DNA of 64,000 nt from Amoebophrya sp. A120. Taxonomy: Eukaryota; Protista; Dinoflagellata. Shown here in pieces: positions 1 through 11,953 of the stretch; position 1 is the stretch's first letter, and each line of letters opens with the position of its first letter. Both the position numbers and the translations under genes were made by a program. The stretch spans positions 892,557 to 956,556 of the forward strand of contig CAJINV010000006.1 of NCBI GenBank assembly GCA_905178155.1. Reading direction: 5' to 3'. The notes beneath the pieces are model-generated. The model was not told where the DNA came from. It searched no databases and worked only from the letters and a program-made list of their open reading frames with translations.

Positions 1-122
1 AAATCGCATTACAAATTCGGTCAGCATGAAAAATGGAATTTGTCATGCTGATTTACCTTCACAGTTAGATTTGTAATGCATAAAACGCAATGGCAATTAG
101 TACGATACTTTTGCAATGCATA
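1..122. mobile_element. Introner F2 (right part only)
   Basis: Ends GATACTTTTGCAATGCATA. Confidence 0.85.
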
Positions 123-1986
123 CAGCACTGGGCGATGATGTTCAACGCGCGGACGGAGTTTTTTCATTGGATGGACCAACAGGACAAGCTGGTGAAAAAA
201 CGCAACGAAAAAACCGGGAAAAACGAAACCTGGAAAATCGACATGCAGACCCTGAAAGACGCGGTTCTGTACGGGACCAACACGAGTCAAGCAACGGATG
301 AGATGGAAATCACCGATGGCACAGAAGATGAGGAAACTTCGTTCGAAGTGGACGCGAAGAAGGTGCACAAGCGCAAGAAAACGGTGACCCACCACAAGAA
401 GAATCTCGTCGCGTTTGGAAAAAACCAGTACACCATGGCGATCAACGCTTTTGAGTTTCACGACTACAATCCGAAGGACGGGTATCTGTCAACGGACGAG
501 ATCAAACAGACGATGGAAGAATTCAAGCAGATCGAGCGGCGCGCGTTTGTATCCCATGTAAAAGCTGCTGCGTCGTAGAACAACCTGTAGTTCTTGGTAA
601 AGCCGCATGACAAATTCCATATCTCGTCACGCAGAGAAAATTTGTAATGCGATTACTACGTACTAGTTGTTTACCTATGATGCGCTTTTGCAATGTCGAT
701 AGCCTGCGTATGAGGATGACTTGGAGGAGATCATCGGGATGGATTTGCTTTCCAAAATGCCGTATCAAATGCAAACATGCCCGGGTCTGGAAGAGTGCAG
801 ATTTTTGTCATGCTGTTTCTGCATGACACAGAATGTCTGTCATGGAAGCCCTAGTAGCATCACAGATTTTTTCGAGAAGGTTCCGCATTGATGCCTGATC
901 CGCATGCCAAATCCCCCATTTTGGTGACAGGAAGCGGGCATCTTTTGCTGCCTCTGCATGACGAGAGATTTGTGTGTGTTGTGAAATGCGCATCACAAGT
1001 TCGCATCCTTCCAGACATCCAGGAATATTTGCACTGCATATCCCGCACTACCGGGACCTGAAGCTGGAGTTGCTCGGGAAGCGGAAGTGGAAGAAAAACC
1101 GGGAGGGGCAGAACAACAAACGACTGCGCAAGATCGCGAAGAAGGTCAAGCTATGCATTGCAAACATGTCTGGGTCTGGAACACAGCAAGTTGTCATGCT
1201 AAGTCTGCATCGTAGAAAAATCTGTGTTGCATGATTGCCAAAAGTTGTCCACTTTTGACCAAGTTGGAGCCGAGTTTCTCATCCAGGATAGGCGTGATAG
1301 ACATTTCGCAGGGTCTGTCATGCTTGTTCTTGCATTCCAGACCTCATGGGCCATGGAAAATCTGCATGACAAGTCCTGCCATGTTCCAGACCCAGAAATT
1401 TTTGTAGTGGATACAGGCAGCGCCTGCGCAAGGCGGTTTACGAGGACCCGCAGCTGATGGAGGGGCACGTGGTATCCCGTGTAAAAACGTCCCCACCTCC
1501 CCATAGTTGTCATGCAATTCTGCATGCCAAAAAAGTTTCTCATGCGGAGCCCTATGAGAAGCATTCTCTATTCGTGTTTTGGAATTTGTGATGCAAGAAT
1601 CAGCATGCTGCGCTAGATCTGTCATGCTTCTGAACTAGCTCAACAGGATTACACTACGAGAACAAGCTTGTCATGCCAAACAGCCAAGGCTGGTTGATTT
1701 GTCTAGCAAATTTCCCAGTGAGCCTCTGGTGTAGGGACGTTTTTAATCAGGATACGTGGCACATGTGGACCTGATCGACATCCGTACCGCAATCAGCCGC
1801 CGCAACTACCCGGGAATTTGGGTCTACCCGCGAGTATGGCGATGGAGAGAATCTTCGTTTTTGATGAGACCACACAGGAGTAGCTGCGTGAAGAGCATTT
1901 TATTTTTGGGAGAGCTTGGGCTTGTCAAGATTCTAGGTGGCCTCTGCATGATGTTGACAAGTTCTGAGCTGGTCTGTGCGTGTTGA
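123..1986 (+). CDS. 3' part of a multi-exon gene with an EF-hand-like Ca-binding motif (5' end outside window)
   Basis: Removing introners 550-701, 763-1040, 1152-1413, 1473-1754 (+5 nt each) gives one frame. Contains AFEFHDYNPKDGYLSTDEIKQ (SPARC-type EF-hand pattern). Last exon and stop are uncertain. Confidence 0.65.
550..701. mobile_element. Introner, divergent F2-like
   Basis: TAT..ATA; DR GTTTG/GCCTG. Confidence 0.75.
763..1040. mobile_element. Introner F1
   Basis: TIR; DR TGCCG/TCCCG. Confidence 0.9.
1152..1413. mobile_element. Introner F1
   Basis: TIR; DR CAAGC/CAGGC. Confidence 0.9.
1473..1754. mobile_element. Introner F3
   Basis: TIR; DR CGTGG. Confidence 0.9.
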
Positions 1987-3181
1987 CAAGTTCTGAGCTG
2001 GATTCTGGGCACGACTACTTCTGTAAATATAATTTCTCATACGAAGTTCTTTCTCTTGCATAGCAGTTTCCCAAGGACCACTACCATGCCGACCACTACA
2101 AGGGCCACAACGCTGGGCACGATGCGAATGACGAGCTGTAAGCAAAGGAGGGGAGTCAGTACATGGGCGTACTAGTGGGTGGTATGGTGATGCATCACAA
2201 GAAAATCGATCTGTATCTGCAATCACGCAGGTTTTCGCTCTGCAAATTTTTCGAAGTTAGTGTTTTTTTTTTTGAAGACATTGAATGCCGCATGTTGATC
2301 CTTCGGGTTTCAGATTGTCATGATGCGTGTAAAGCTAAGCTTAAACAATTAATGTCCAAGGCTTAGCGAAGAACGATGGAAGCTCCAGCAGAATATCATG
2401 GTTGTATACCCTGGTAGATTTCGAAGAAACGAGGAAGAAGAGAAAGATTCAGTTTACGACGTTCACATCGATTTGATTTTTGCAACTTTTTTTCAATTAC
2501 TGTCTCGTGCCCGTTGTATTTTTTGCGTTCATGTTTGTACTGAAGTAGCTTGTTTAACAAAAAAAATACCCCGATGTAGATCACATTACTTACGTTACTT
2601 ACTCTCTGGATCGAGTGAGTTGCCCCTTTTCGTCAAAAACCTCCGAGGTGTTTGAATGTCAAAGACTTCTCAAAAAATTTCAAAAACTGTCAAAGCTCAC
2701 AGCCAAAAAAATAAATCGAATTGTTGTGAAGAAAAGGACGAGCAGTTTTTGCTCTCAGCCTTCTATCTCATGGTGTAAAAAGTAGTTGGTTCATCGCGAG
2801 CACGCAGTAGCATATCTTTCGACATCCAACGAGAGAGCGAAGAACCGCTAGTGAGATAACTGGTTTTGCAAAAACAATGACAAACTGCATGTTGATGCAC
2901 CATGATTCTGCGTGCAAGGATTCAGTTGCATCCATGAGATTATTCACCGAGTGAGTGAAAAAACTACCACTTGTTCTATGATTTTCTTCTATCGGTGTTG
3001 TTCTACTTGGGTGCATTAATCATGTTGCTGCATTCAGATACACCCAGCACTAGCTCGGGCCACGAAGTAGATCTTCATTCCGCATGGCACATGATGTCCT
3101 CGACCACTGCCTCCAGCAGAGCTAGGTCGTCCTCTTCCACCCCTTCAATTTTTGACTTCGAGGACCACTTCGGCCACCGTG

Positions 3182-5072
3182 ATGACAGCTCTTCGCTCTA
3201 CTATTCCCGAAGCAGCCCGCGATCATCTTCCCTGGCAGCGATTGCGTCTTGCAAGAATTTTCCTCATGCCGCTGGATCTATTTCCGTCGACGATCATTTC
3301 CACAGTGGCCGTAGCGGGCGCGGGACACCAAATGGAACAAAAAACGACGGTCGTGATACAACAAGACGAACAGCAACAGATGCTACAGCACGAGAAGGAC
3401 GAGCGAAGAAAAACACAGCAGAAGGACGAGGAGCGAAGACCGACAAACGAAGTCGAGCAGCCGCAGCCGGAGGTTTCATTTACCATGCGAAGGGAGGTGG
3501 GGCCGCGAGAAGTGGTCGAACGGGTCGTGAAGGACAGGCAACGAAGTGGACGAGAAGGTTCCGAACTACCACCTAGAGAAAAAACGCCAGCCCCACCAGT
3601 TCGTGCAGAAGTTCACGCAGCTAGCATCTCCTCGGCCTCCGCGGTTGAACAAATAGGAAGTCAAAGTTCATCTTCACAGAGAAGGAACAGTCACAACGGC
3701 GGTCGTGAAGATAAATATTCGAGGACATCAACAGGCGCAGGTGTTAAAACAAATAGAGAGGAGCCGACGTCGTGGTCTCTCATGGACAGGTCAGAAAAAC
3801 TACAAATACAAAATGAAACAAACGAAACTTCTCCGGCCCCTGCAGCCGCCGCGGCCACTACTGCTGAAGAGGACAAGGAACAAACCATCATGACGCAACT
3901 CGTTCCCGCTTTATGCATTTTTGCAAAAGTATCGTACTACGTATAAATCGCATAACAAATCATGATTTTAGTTTCTTCAAGAAGAAAATTGAAATTTGTA
4001 ATGCAGAATCAGGAAAAAAAGTAGGATCTGTGATGCACGACTGCGATTGGTACGGGGACGATAAACTTTTGCACAGCATACGCTTCTTTCTACAACGACA
4101 AGCTCTCCCGGGACGAAAAAATCATCCGACTGCTCGCGGTCCTCGGGCTTATCCAGTGCAAAAGTATCGCACTACTCGTGGTAATCGCTGTTATGCATGA
4201 CAAATCTCCTTACTAAGGTATAACAGCACTACAAATTTCATTTGTCATGCTGGGGTAATTTGTATGTAATGCAATGAATTACGACTAGTACTAGTACGAT
4301 GCTTTTGCAATGCATAGGGGTGGTTTTAGGGGGATTTGCGCTGGTGATTTATTTCTACGGGTTCGCACAATTGCTCGACTGGTTGGCGTGTTATCGCAAG
4401 AAAAAACTGTTTCATTGTGAACTTGCGATGCATGAAATGGAACACAGAACTATTTGTCTTGCTACACCTCCGACGCATTGGATTTTTAAGCGTGGTTTCC
4501 GTTGGGAAGCGCGCATGGCAAGTTTTCTGTGTCATACGTAGCAAACTTGTGATGCGGATCTTGCAAAACCATCTCAGTGAATGTGAAACAGTTTTTTCCT
4601 GTGATACGTCTGGGTGTTTGTTCAGTAAGAACAAGGACGAGAAAACCCTGTTGGAGCAAATGGCGCAGGAGAAAGTGATATCGAATATAAAAGTGTCTGG
4701 GTCTGGAAGAGTGCAGATTTTTGTCATGCTGTTTTTGCATGACACAAAATGTCTGCCATGGAAGCCCTAGCATCACAGATTTCGAGAAGTTTCCGCATTG
4801 CTTAATCCGCATGACAAATCCCCCATTTTGGTGACAGGAAATGGGCACCTTTTGCTGCCTATGCATGAGAGATTTGTCTGTGTTGTGAAATGCGCATCAC
4901 AAGTTCGCATCCTTCCAGACCCAGACATTTTTGCAATCCATAAGTGAAGTACGGCAGCACGGAGCATTTGCAAGCGGCGGAAAAAATTGTGAAGAAGCGG
5001 AAACAGGCGAAACACGATACGGTGCGAGCGGTGGATAGGCGCGGGGAAGTGGATTTGGGAGGAATGTATTGA
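3182..5072 (+). CDS. Hypothetical single-pass membrane protein with low-complexity N-terminal region
   Basis: ORF 3152-3946 continues in frame across 4 introners to TGA 5070-5072. Hydrophobic segment IIRLLAVLGxVLGGFALVIYFYGF. Start codon uncertain. Confidence 0.7.
3912..4080. mobile_element. Introner F2
   Basis: TIR; DR CGCTT. Confidence 0.9.
4150..4316. mobile_element. Introner F2
   Basis: TIR; DR GGGCT/GGGGT. Confidence 0.9.
4392..4606. mobile_element. Introner F4
   Basis: TIR; DR CGTGT/CGTCT. Confidence 0.9.
4679..4942. mobile_element. Introner F1
   Basis: TIR; DR AGTGA. Confidence 0.9.
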
Positions 5073-5559
5073 GGTTGTGTGGTGGTGGTGGTGGTGCTAG
5101 TAGTGAGGTGAGTATGAAAGCGATCCACACGTTGCTTTTATTGACATCTCTACTTACACAACAAGTAACATGATACTGATTGTTGATAGCTCACTCTCGT
5201 CGTACGTACTTACTTCCAGCCACTCCTTCCCTGGGAAGAGGTAGAGTTCAAGTTTACCTTTGATACCATCGTACTGAGAAAGATGAAGGCCGCTCTGGGA
5301 AATGAAAAATGAAGGAAAGACAAGAGTATTATATTGCACCGAGAACAAGAAGAACAAGAGAAAGATGCTGCTGCATGCGGCTCATGATCACAAGAAGCTC
5401 AGTTTGGGGCTCCAACAAAAAAAAACACGTATATAATGCGGTTGCAGCATTTTTTTTGGTGTTCCGCTAGAAGATCGATGTTCAGCAGACCGGTGAAAGA
5501 GCATGCAGATGTCTGAAACTACTGGCCCACGACTAGAGCAGCAGAGAACAGCGCAAAAA

Positions 5560-6810
5560 ATCACGCCGGTGGTGGGGGGCCGGCAGGCGGGGGCGTTTAG
5601 CAGTAAGGCAGCCGCTGCGGGCGCCCGCCCCGCCCGAGCGTGGCGCGGCCCGTGTGCCGCTAACCCGCCGCGACGAGGCCCGTGGCCCGCTCTCGTGGAA
5701 GCGCCGCAAACCAGCGCGCACAGCGCGCTGCGGTAAATCAATGGGGCGACGGCATTGCCGGGGCTTTTGCGTGTGTATGTGTATGGGCGTGGTGGTTATA
5801 GTGCGCAGCCGCCTTCAGGGCATCCTGGGTCGAGAAATACGAGCCGGAAAAAATCTTGCCCGAGGAAATTCGCAGAGTGAAAAAGCATGGAAAGGAGGCC
5901 CATTGCCTGCGTTGGTCTTCCAGCAAGCTAGCGGGCGGGGCATTTCGAGAAGCCGCGCCCGCGTTGCCCTCAGGGAATCCGCTCTGGGGAGGCGCGCACG
6001 GGAGGCAGCCACGGCAGGCGCCGGGTTGGGAGGCAGGTGGAGACTAGAAGGGCCCCCGGCGCAACTTTGCGCGTTTGCCCGGGCGAAAGCATACGATGGA
6101 GGGTTGAGCCCGCCTTGGCCTTCACCGCCGGCCCGGCCGCCCCTGCCTGCGCGCCTGTTGTTGGCGCAGCGCCCGCGCGCACCTGGCCCTCGGGGCGCGC
6201 TCGGGCCCCTTTGCGGAACCGCGCGGGCCTCCGCGCCCGCCGTCGATCGATGATCGACCGAAGAGTGTAGCAGCGACGCAACCGAAGGAACAGAACCAGA
6301 AGAGTCTTCGAGGATCAATCCAGGGAGCGCCGTTCGCTACAGCAAGCATATGGGTTGCGCAGCCGCCGACTCTGCTCCAGCTTGCAGAGAGAGCTGCCGC
6401 GCCCATCTATCTCACTCTGGGTCTATCAGTCTACCTTGGCAGAGGCTCGCCGGCTCGTCTTTCGACCCGCCTCCCTGCGCCCGCTCGCGCTTCCCTCCTG
6501 GAAGTGTTCACCGCGGCGCCCGTCTGGGCCGGCCGGCCCCCGCCCTATCTTTCGAACCCGCCCGGCCTGGCGTGGCCCGTCGCTTAGAAAGATTGCGGCC
6601 GGCCATTGTTCGTTGCTTGGCCTGGTGGGGCCCGGCCGGGCCCCAAAGAAATTTTCTGGCGTCCGTGCCGCGCCCGCCGCGAAGGGCGGTCGTGTTGGTA
6701 TTCAATCGCCCGGGCCCGTTCAAAGTGCGTGAGCGTGCCGCACGGGGGGACAAGGTGGTGTTCCTTCGTCCGCAGTAAACGGGCGGCCAGCGCGCCATGG
6801 CCCACCGGCG
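5560..6810. other. GC-rich intergenic island, probable decayed transposable element
   Basis: Abrupt GC-rich block without introner motifs; frames are Ala/Pro/Arg/Gly-rich; only weak motif remnants. Confidence 0.4.
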
Positions 6811-7199
6811 CAGCTGCGGTCACTTGTAAGTACGATGGTAAGTAGTAGCTTTCGCATCGACAGCTGGCGGCATCATTGGTTCGCCAGGTGTTCTTCTTCA
6901 CTCACACCTACACTGCCCTTGGCCCACTTCTTGGTGTTCTTTCTGTAAAGCAGGTGCTGCCGCCCTGGCGAGCGAGAAGCATAGCAAGCACACACCGAAA
7001 GCACACGAGCGAAGGAGGGCGGGGAGTTAAACACGTGTATGTGAAGCACTTCAAGAAGAAGTGCCTGAGCCAGACCTCTGCGACAAAACAAGCGTATCGG
7101 GAGCGAATTTCTTGCATTTTTTCCGCCTGTACTACTTCCTGTCTACCATTAGAGAATAGTTTTGCTAGTGCATTATGTTTTGAATTTGATGATACGTGG

Positions 7200-10100
7200 A
7201 TGATGAAAATGAGGCGTTTCTCGTATTGCTCCAGCACGCTGAAGTTTTTCTCGCTCCTCCAAGCGGGCACCGAGAACTCGTACGCGGTGAAGGTGCTGAC
7301 GGGGAAAACAAAAACAAAAAAAGCAGACACGCTCAACCAGTGCAAGTGCGTGAACCAAAACGGCGCCACCAAGACCGAGCTCGGGTTGGCGAACCAGCAG
7401 TGGCTGACGCCGCAACAGGACGACACCGAATACGTACCAAATGCAAATGTGTCTGGGTCGAGAAATATAACAGTGCACAACTCCCCCTCCCCCTCAAAAT
7501 ATTACTATTTCGTAATATATCAATTTTTTTTTGGTCACCAAATAATGCGTTTTTATGTCGCCAAATGATGCGCCTTCGTGTCATCAAATCGCGCCCATTT
7601 CGACTCCAAGCTCGCAGCGATTATGTTGCATTTTGTGGCAGCAAACGCGTCGCAAAAGCGCGCGCTTCCGGAGCGTCTTCGTGCCTTTGATCGGTCGAGT
7701 CGAGGCCTGTGATCTCCGCACATCTGGCGCAGAAATCGGGGCCAGATGACTGCGTCACGAATGAACAAGGAAACGGCAGCAACCAAAAGAGAAGGGCGGG
7801 CGTTCTTCTGCGTGTAACTTGATAAGTTGCCAAACTTCTGGCAAATGCTCGCCAAATCATGAGGTTTTGCGTCGTCAAATCAACGACTTTTTAGCGACCT
7901 CGCAAATGAGCGAGAAAAATATTACATTTTGAAGGCTAATCGCGATGCTATGGGCTCACTCCCCCTCATGAGGGAAAATGGACACCTTTGGTGAGGGGGA
8001 GTGGGCCCATAGCATCGCGATTAGCGAAACTTGCAGCGCTTCGGGCCCGGAAAATCGTCCCCATAGCATGCAGTCTAGCTCCTAGAAAAAAATTAAAAAA
8101 GTGCTCACCTTTTCAATCAAATCATCCACTTTTTGTGCTCCAAATCAGCGAATTTTTGAGCTCGAAGTGTGCGGGCCGCAAAAAAGCGCCAAAAAATATT
8201 ACATTTTGATGGCTAATCACGATGCTATGGGCTCACTCCCCCTCATGAGGGGGAGTGGGCAGCTTTGGTGAGGGGGAGTGAGCCTATGGCGTCGTGCTTA
8301 GCTTTCACAACATGACAAGAGACTGCAAACCTTTGCGACGCTTTTGGTCGCACAAAAAGCAGCACAAACGTTGCGCATTTGGAATCGAAATGTGCGCAAA
8401 TTGATGACATAAAGACGCATTATTTGGTGACATAAAAACGCACTATTTGGTAACCAAATAAATATTGCAAAACTATTACTTTGAGGGGGAGGGGGAGTTG
8501 TGCACTGCTATAAGAAACTTGTATTGCTGACACTTGCACTTTTACAGACTAGCAGCTGTATGTAGTGCATAACTACAGCATCAGAAGCATGGCAAGGGTT
8601 CTTGTTGCTGATTCATTCGTCAAATAACGCATGACAAACTGCCGTTCAGCACGAAGAAAAAAACTTTCCAATCGTATATAAATTCATGCATTACAGATCC
8701 AGACCCAAACATGTTTGCAATTCATAATGCGGGAAGGTGTACAAAAGGAAGTACGGCGGCGTGGCCGACTACGGTGAGTTATGCAGTGCAAAGATGTTTG
8801 GGTCTGGAATGTTAATGTCATACTAAAATAAAACATGAAATAAAAACAATCCAACTGCGACTGAATTCTATGCTGCCACGCATGAGAAGTTTTGAAATAG
8901 TCGGGGAAAAATCATTATGCCTAAACCCGCATGGGAAGCCGAAATCGCGTTTGTGCATGACAGCGAGGCGGTTCTCCTGATTTAGTTGCGCAATATGCAT
9001 GACAGAGTTCAGCAGTATGCGAGACCAGCATCACAATCTACTTCGAGAGGACCCAAACATTTATTTGCATTGGATATGAGTTCTGCGCGGCGTGGGAGGA
9101 CACGGAAACTGAAGTGAAAGGGGCGACTATCCAAGAAAAAACGTTGTTAGTGTAAATTTGTGATGCGCAACATGCAAGCGGATGGCGTCTGTCATGCTTG
9201 GCATGTATTGTAGGGTCCATTAAAGTGCGTTTTCACGTACTATCTGCGCATGACAGGTCTTTGCTGTCATGCCAGACAGATTTGTAATGCTGTCCTTCAA
9301 AAAACGTATACACCTGCAATGTTTTTTTCCTGTGATAGCGACAACCGCGAAGGGGGCCTTCGGCGTGTACTCACCGTGTATGGTCGCCAATGCAACGGTA
9401 TGCACTGCAGATCTGTCTGGGTCTGGAGAATAAATCCCAGGTTTGGCATGCTCTGCTAGCATGACTGTCAAGTCTGTCATGCAAGGTACCCAAACGTCGC
9501 GCCACATTTTTCTGCCATGCAAAAACCCCGCTTCTCATCCAGAATTATAGACAACACCTTGAAGATGAACTCAAAAACCTGTCATGCGGGATCGTCATTC
9601 TTGGCGTTCTCTTGATTCGCCAACCACCATCACAAGTTCTTTCCAGAGCCAGATCGGGGACACTTGCAATGCATAAACGGCAATGGACGACCGGCCCAAG
9701 TGGTGCTCAAAACCATGGTGCTATGTGAAAATCGACGACGATACGGTAATATGCATTGCAAATATAATCGATCTGGGCATGGAAGAATGGATGCGAGCTT
9801 TGTCAGGCTAGTCTGGCATGACACTGAGCATGAGCTGTGTATTGCGTGGTCAGCAAGAGCTCCTCTCGTCTCTCATGCAAAAACTACGGTCTTTGTCATG
9901 CGGAATACGCAACACGGAGGGGAGCCACGGAAAAATCTGTCATCATGCTGGGCTGATGTGCATTACAGTGTGCTTTCTATTCACTCCCATGCATCACAAG
10001 CTTGCAGACCCACACACATTTGCAATGCATAGACATCGCCGGCCGTCCAAACGGCGAACGGAAAAGTCGCGGTGTATGGGACTCTCAAACGACGTTGCAT

Positions 10101-11090
10101 TTATCGCTGTTGCATGATTTGTGATGCAGAACTGCTGCCACCATTGATTCACTTTCACATGATCAATAACTAGTTCGGATGTTGACAGATTTTCAAAGAG
10201 CTAAAATAGTATGGAAATTCGTACCAAATCTGTAATGCAAGACGTGCAACAGTCATCAAGTTCCCCTCTATCTTTTGCTAATCATGCGTCGCAGAACGAG
10301 AATGATCATGCAGTGATAGCTATCCTGAGTAAAAACGTCCCCACACCATAGTTGTCATGCCAATCTACATGCCAAAAAAATATATCATGCGGAGCCCCAT
10401 AAGAAGCATTTTCTAGTCGTGTTTTGGAATTTGTGATGCTATAATCAGCATGATGTGGTAGATCTGTGATGCTGCTGAACTACCTAAATAGGATCACAAT
10501 ACGAAGCCAACTTTGTCATGCGAAACAACCAAAGCTGGCTGATTTGTCTAGCACATTCCCCATGTAGTTCACTCTGGTGTGGGGACGTTTTTACATAGGA
10601 TAATAGCGATCAATGTAACGTTTGAGACTGCCATACGGTGAATTCGCTCGACTCCATATTGTGAGGAAAAATCCCCCCTCCCCATACCAAACCGGGACAC
10701 TTCTGAAAATTTGTGATGCAGATTTGAGACCACAAATCGTCGCTGTATTGCATGAAGGCAAGTCTACAGGCTCCGCCACATTCTACAGGCGGTTTGTCAT
10801 GCTGTTGCTCCTACTGCGTAGACTTTTGCCATGCTAAGCGCCTAGGCCAAAACTTGTCTACTCAGGCCTGATATGGGCCTGCAGTCCTCGCCAGCAAGAC
10901 AAATCTGATTTGTGACCTCAAATACAGCATCACAAGTTTCGTTTTCGATATGGGGAGAGGGGATTTTTCCTTTCGATACTCCAACGCGGGGGGAGCGCCC
11001 GACGGGCCGGGCTGCACTGGGCTGAGCGATGTGACGAAATCGAAGATGCAAGATCAGTACATCTGGTACTCGTATCAGATTTGCGAGTAG
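7200..11090 (+). CDS. Cys-rich, probably secreted protein with kringle-like module (paralog A)
   Basis: Eight exons joined over 7 introns read ...WLTPQQDDTEYGKVY...DYGEFCAAWED...KWCSKPWCYVK...DGPGCTGLSDVTKSKMQDQYIWYSYQICE*; TAG 11088-11090. Confidence 0.8.
7435..8726. mobile_element. Introner F1 hosting a nested 1-kb element
   Basis: TAC start variant; DR ATACG/ATGCG. Confidence 0.85.
7466..8512. mobile_element. Long (1047 bp) non-coding F7 TIR element nested in an introner
   Basis: TATAACAGTGCACAACTCCCCCTCCCCCTCAAAA..TTTGAGGGGGAGGGGGAGTTGTGCACTGCTATA; perfect DR AGAAA; long imperfect arms. Confidence 0.9.
8780..9076. mobile_element. Introner F1
   Basis: TIR; DR TGAGT. Confidence 0.9.
9128..9337. 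mobile_element. Introner F4
   Basis: TIR; DR GCGAC. Confidence 0.9.
9399..9675. mobile_element. Introner F1
   Basis: TIR; DR AACGG. Confidence 0.9.
9750..10031. mobile_element. Introner F1 converted to a GT-AG intron (9746-10032)
   Basis: Flanks GGTAA/GACAT; the GTAA..ATAG intron equals element +5 nt. Confidence 0.85.
10075..10635. mobile_element. Introner F5 hosting nested F3
   Basis: TIR; DR CGGTG. Confidence 0.9.
10321..10602. mobile_element. Introner F3 nested in F5
   Basis: TIR; DR ATAGC. Confidence 0.9.
10657..10978. mobile_element. Introner F6
   Basis: TIR; DR CTCCA. Confidence 0.9.
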
Positions 11091-11953
11091 GATAGGAGAA
11101 GAAAGGAAGATGTTGCGCAGGACCAAGCAGGTGCTACGGACGATGTATGATTTTTTTGAGATGACAACAATCAAGAATTTCAATTTTTGGCCAAAACAAA
11201 TTCAAGATTTGGTTTGGTGGAGCTTTTAGAATATGAAAGGGAATGATGTGAAAAACAAAAAGGACCAGCATTAGCTTTTTACATCTTTACGGATGCGACA
11301 AGGTCGTGAAGATGTAGTTTCTGTACAATCGTTGACTAAGGATAACAGAGATGGACAGCAAGTACCAATCCCCGAGCAGCACCACAAAAAAGAGAACATC
11401 ACTGAGTGCAACGTGGGAAAAATTATTGTTCTCCAGAATCTCTACTCCTCAGCCTCACTGCAACAGGCTCGTGGTGTGCACATCAACCACAAGGCGAGGA
11501 TAACAAAACCAGTCGGAAGTAGGAGCAGTTCCAGTTGCGAGCGAGTGAAGAGGGTGTTGATGATATTCAGCACTTTTGTGCAACTAAGTACCCAAAGCAG
11601 GTGTGGTCACAGTGCAACACAAATCATATCATTGAGCGCAGATGAAGATGATGAAGTCAGTGTCGGGAAAATTTTTGGAGGGACGACTTCTGTAGTAGAG
11701 CGAAGATATTATTGTTTCTACTCCGAGCGTTCATCTTGTTGTGTGAACGAAGACTGTGATTCTGGAATTAATCGTCATGGTTTTCATCTTAAAACAGAAG
11801 TACAAACGCTACAAGTTGATGCCGTGAAAATGGGTTGTGCAGCAAGAACGTGACGAAGTAGTATCAAGATGTTGTAACAGATCGTCGTGTCTATTCGTCA
11901 TCCAATCCGTTATTCGTCGTTGTGCTCTCGTCGTTGGGCCTCGGCGGCGCAAA

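Noticed and set aside
2971-3576. 201-aa ORF overlapping the start of gene 2
   Set aside because: It is in a different frame from the one that continues through the introners, although it could hide an alternative 5' exon.
6908-7480. 190-aa minus-strand ORF
   Set aside because: It is antisense to the first exon of paralog A and has no recognisable motif.
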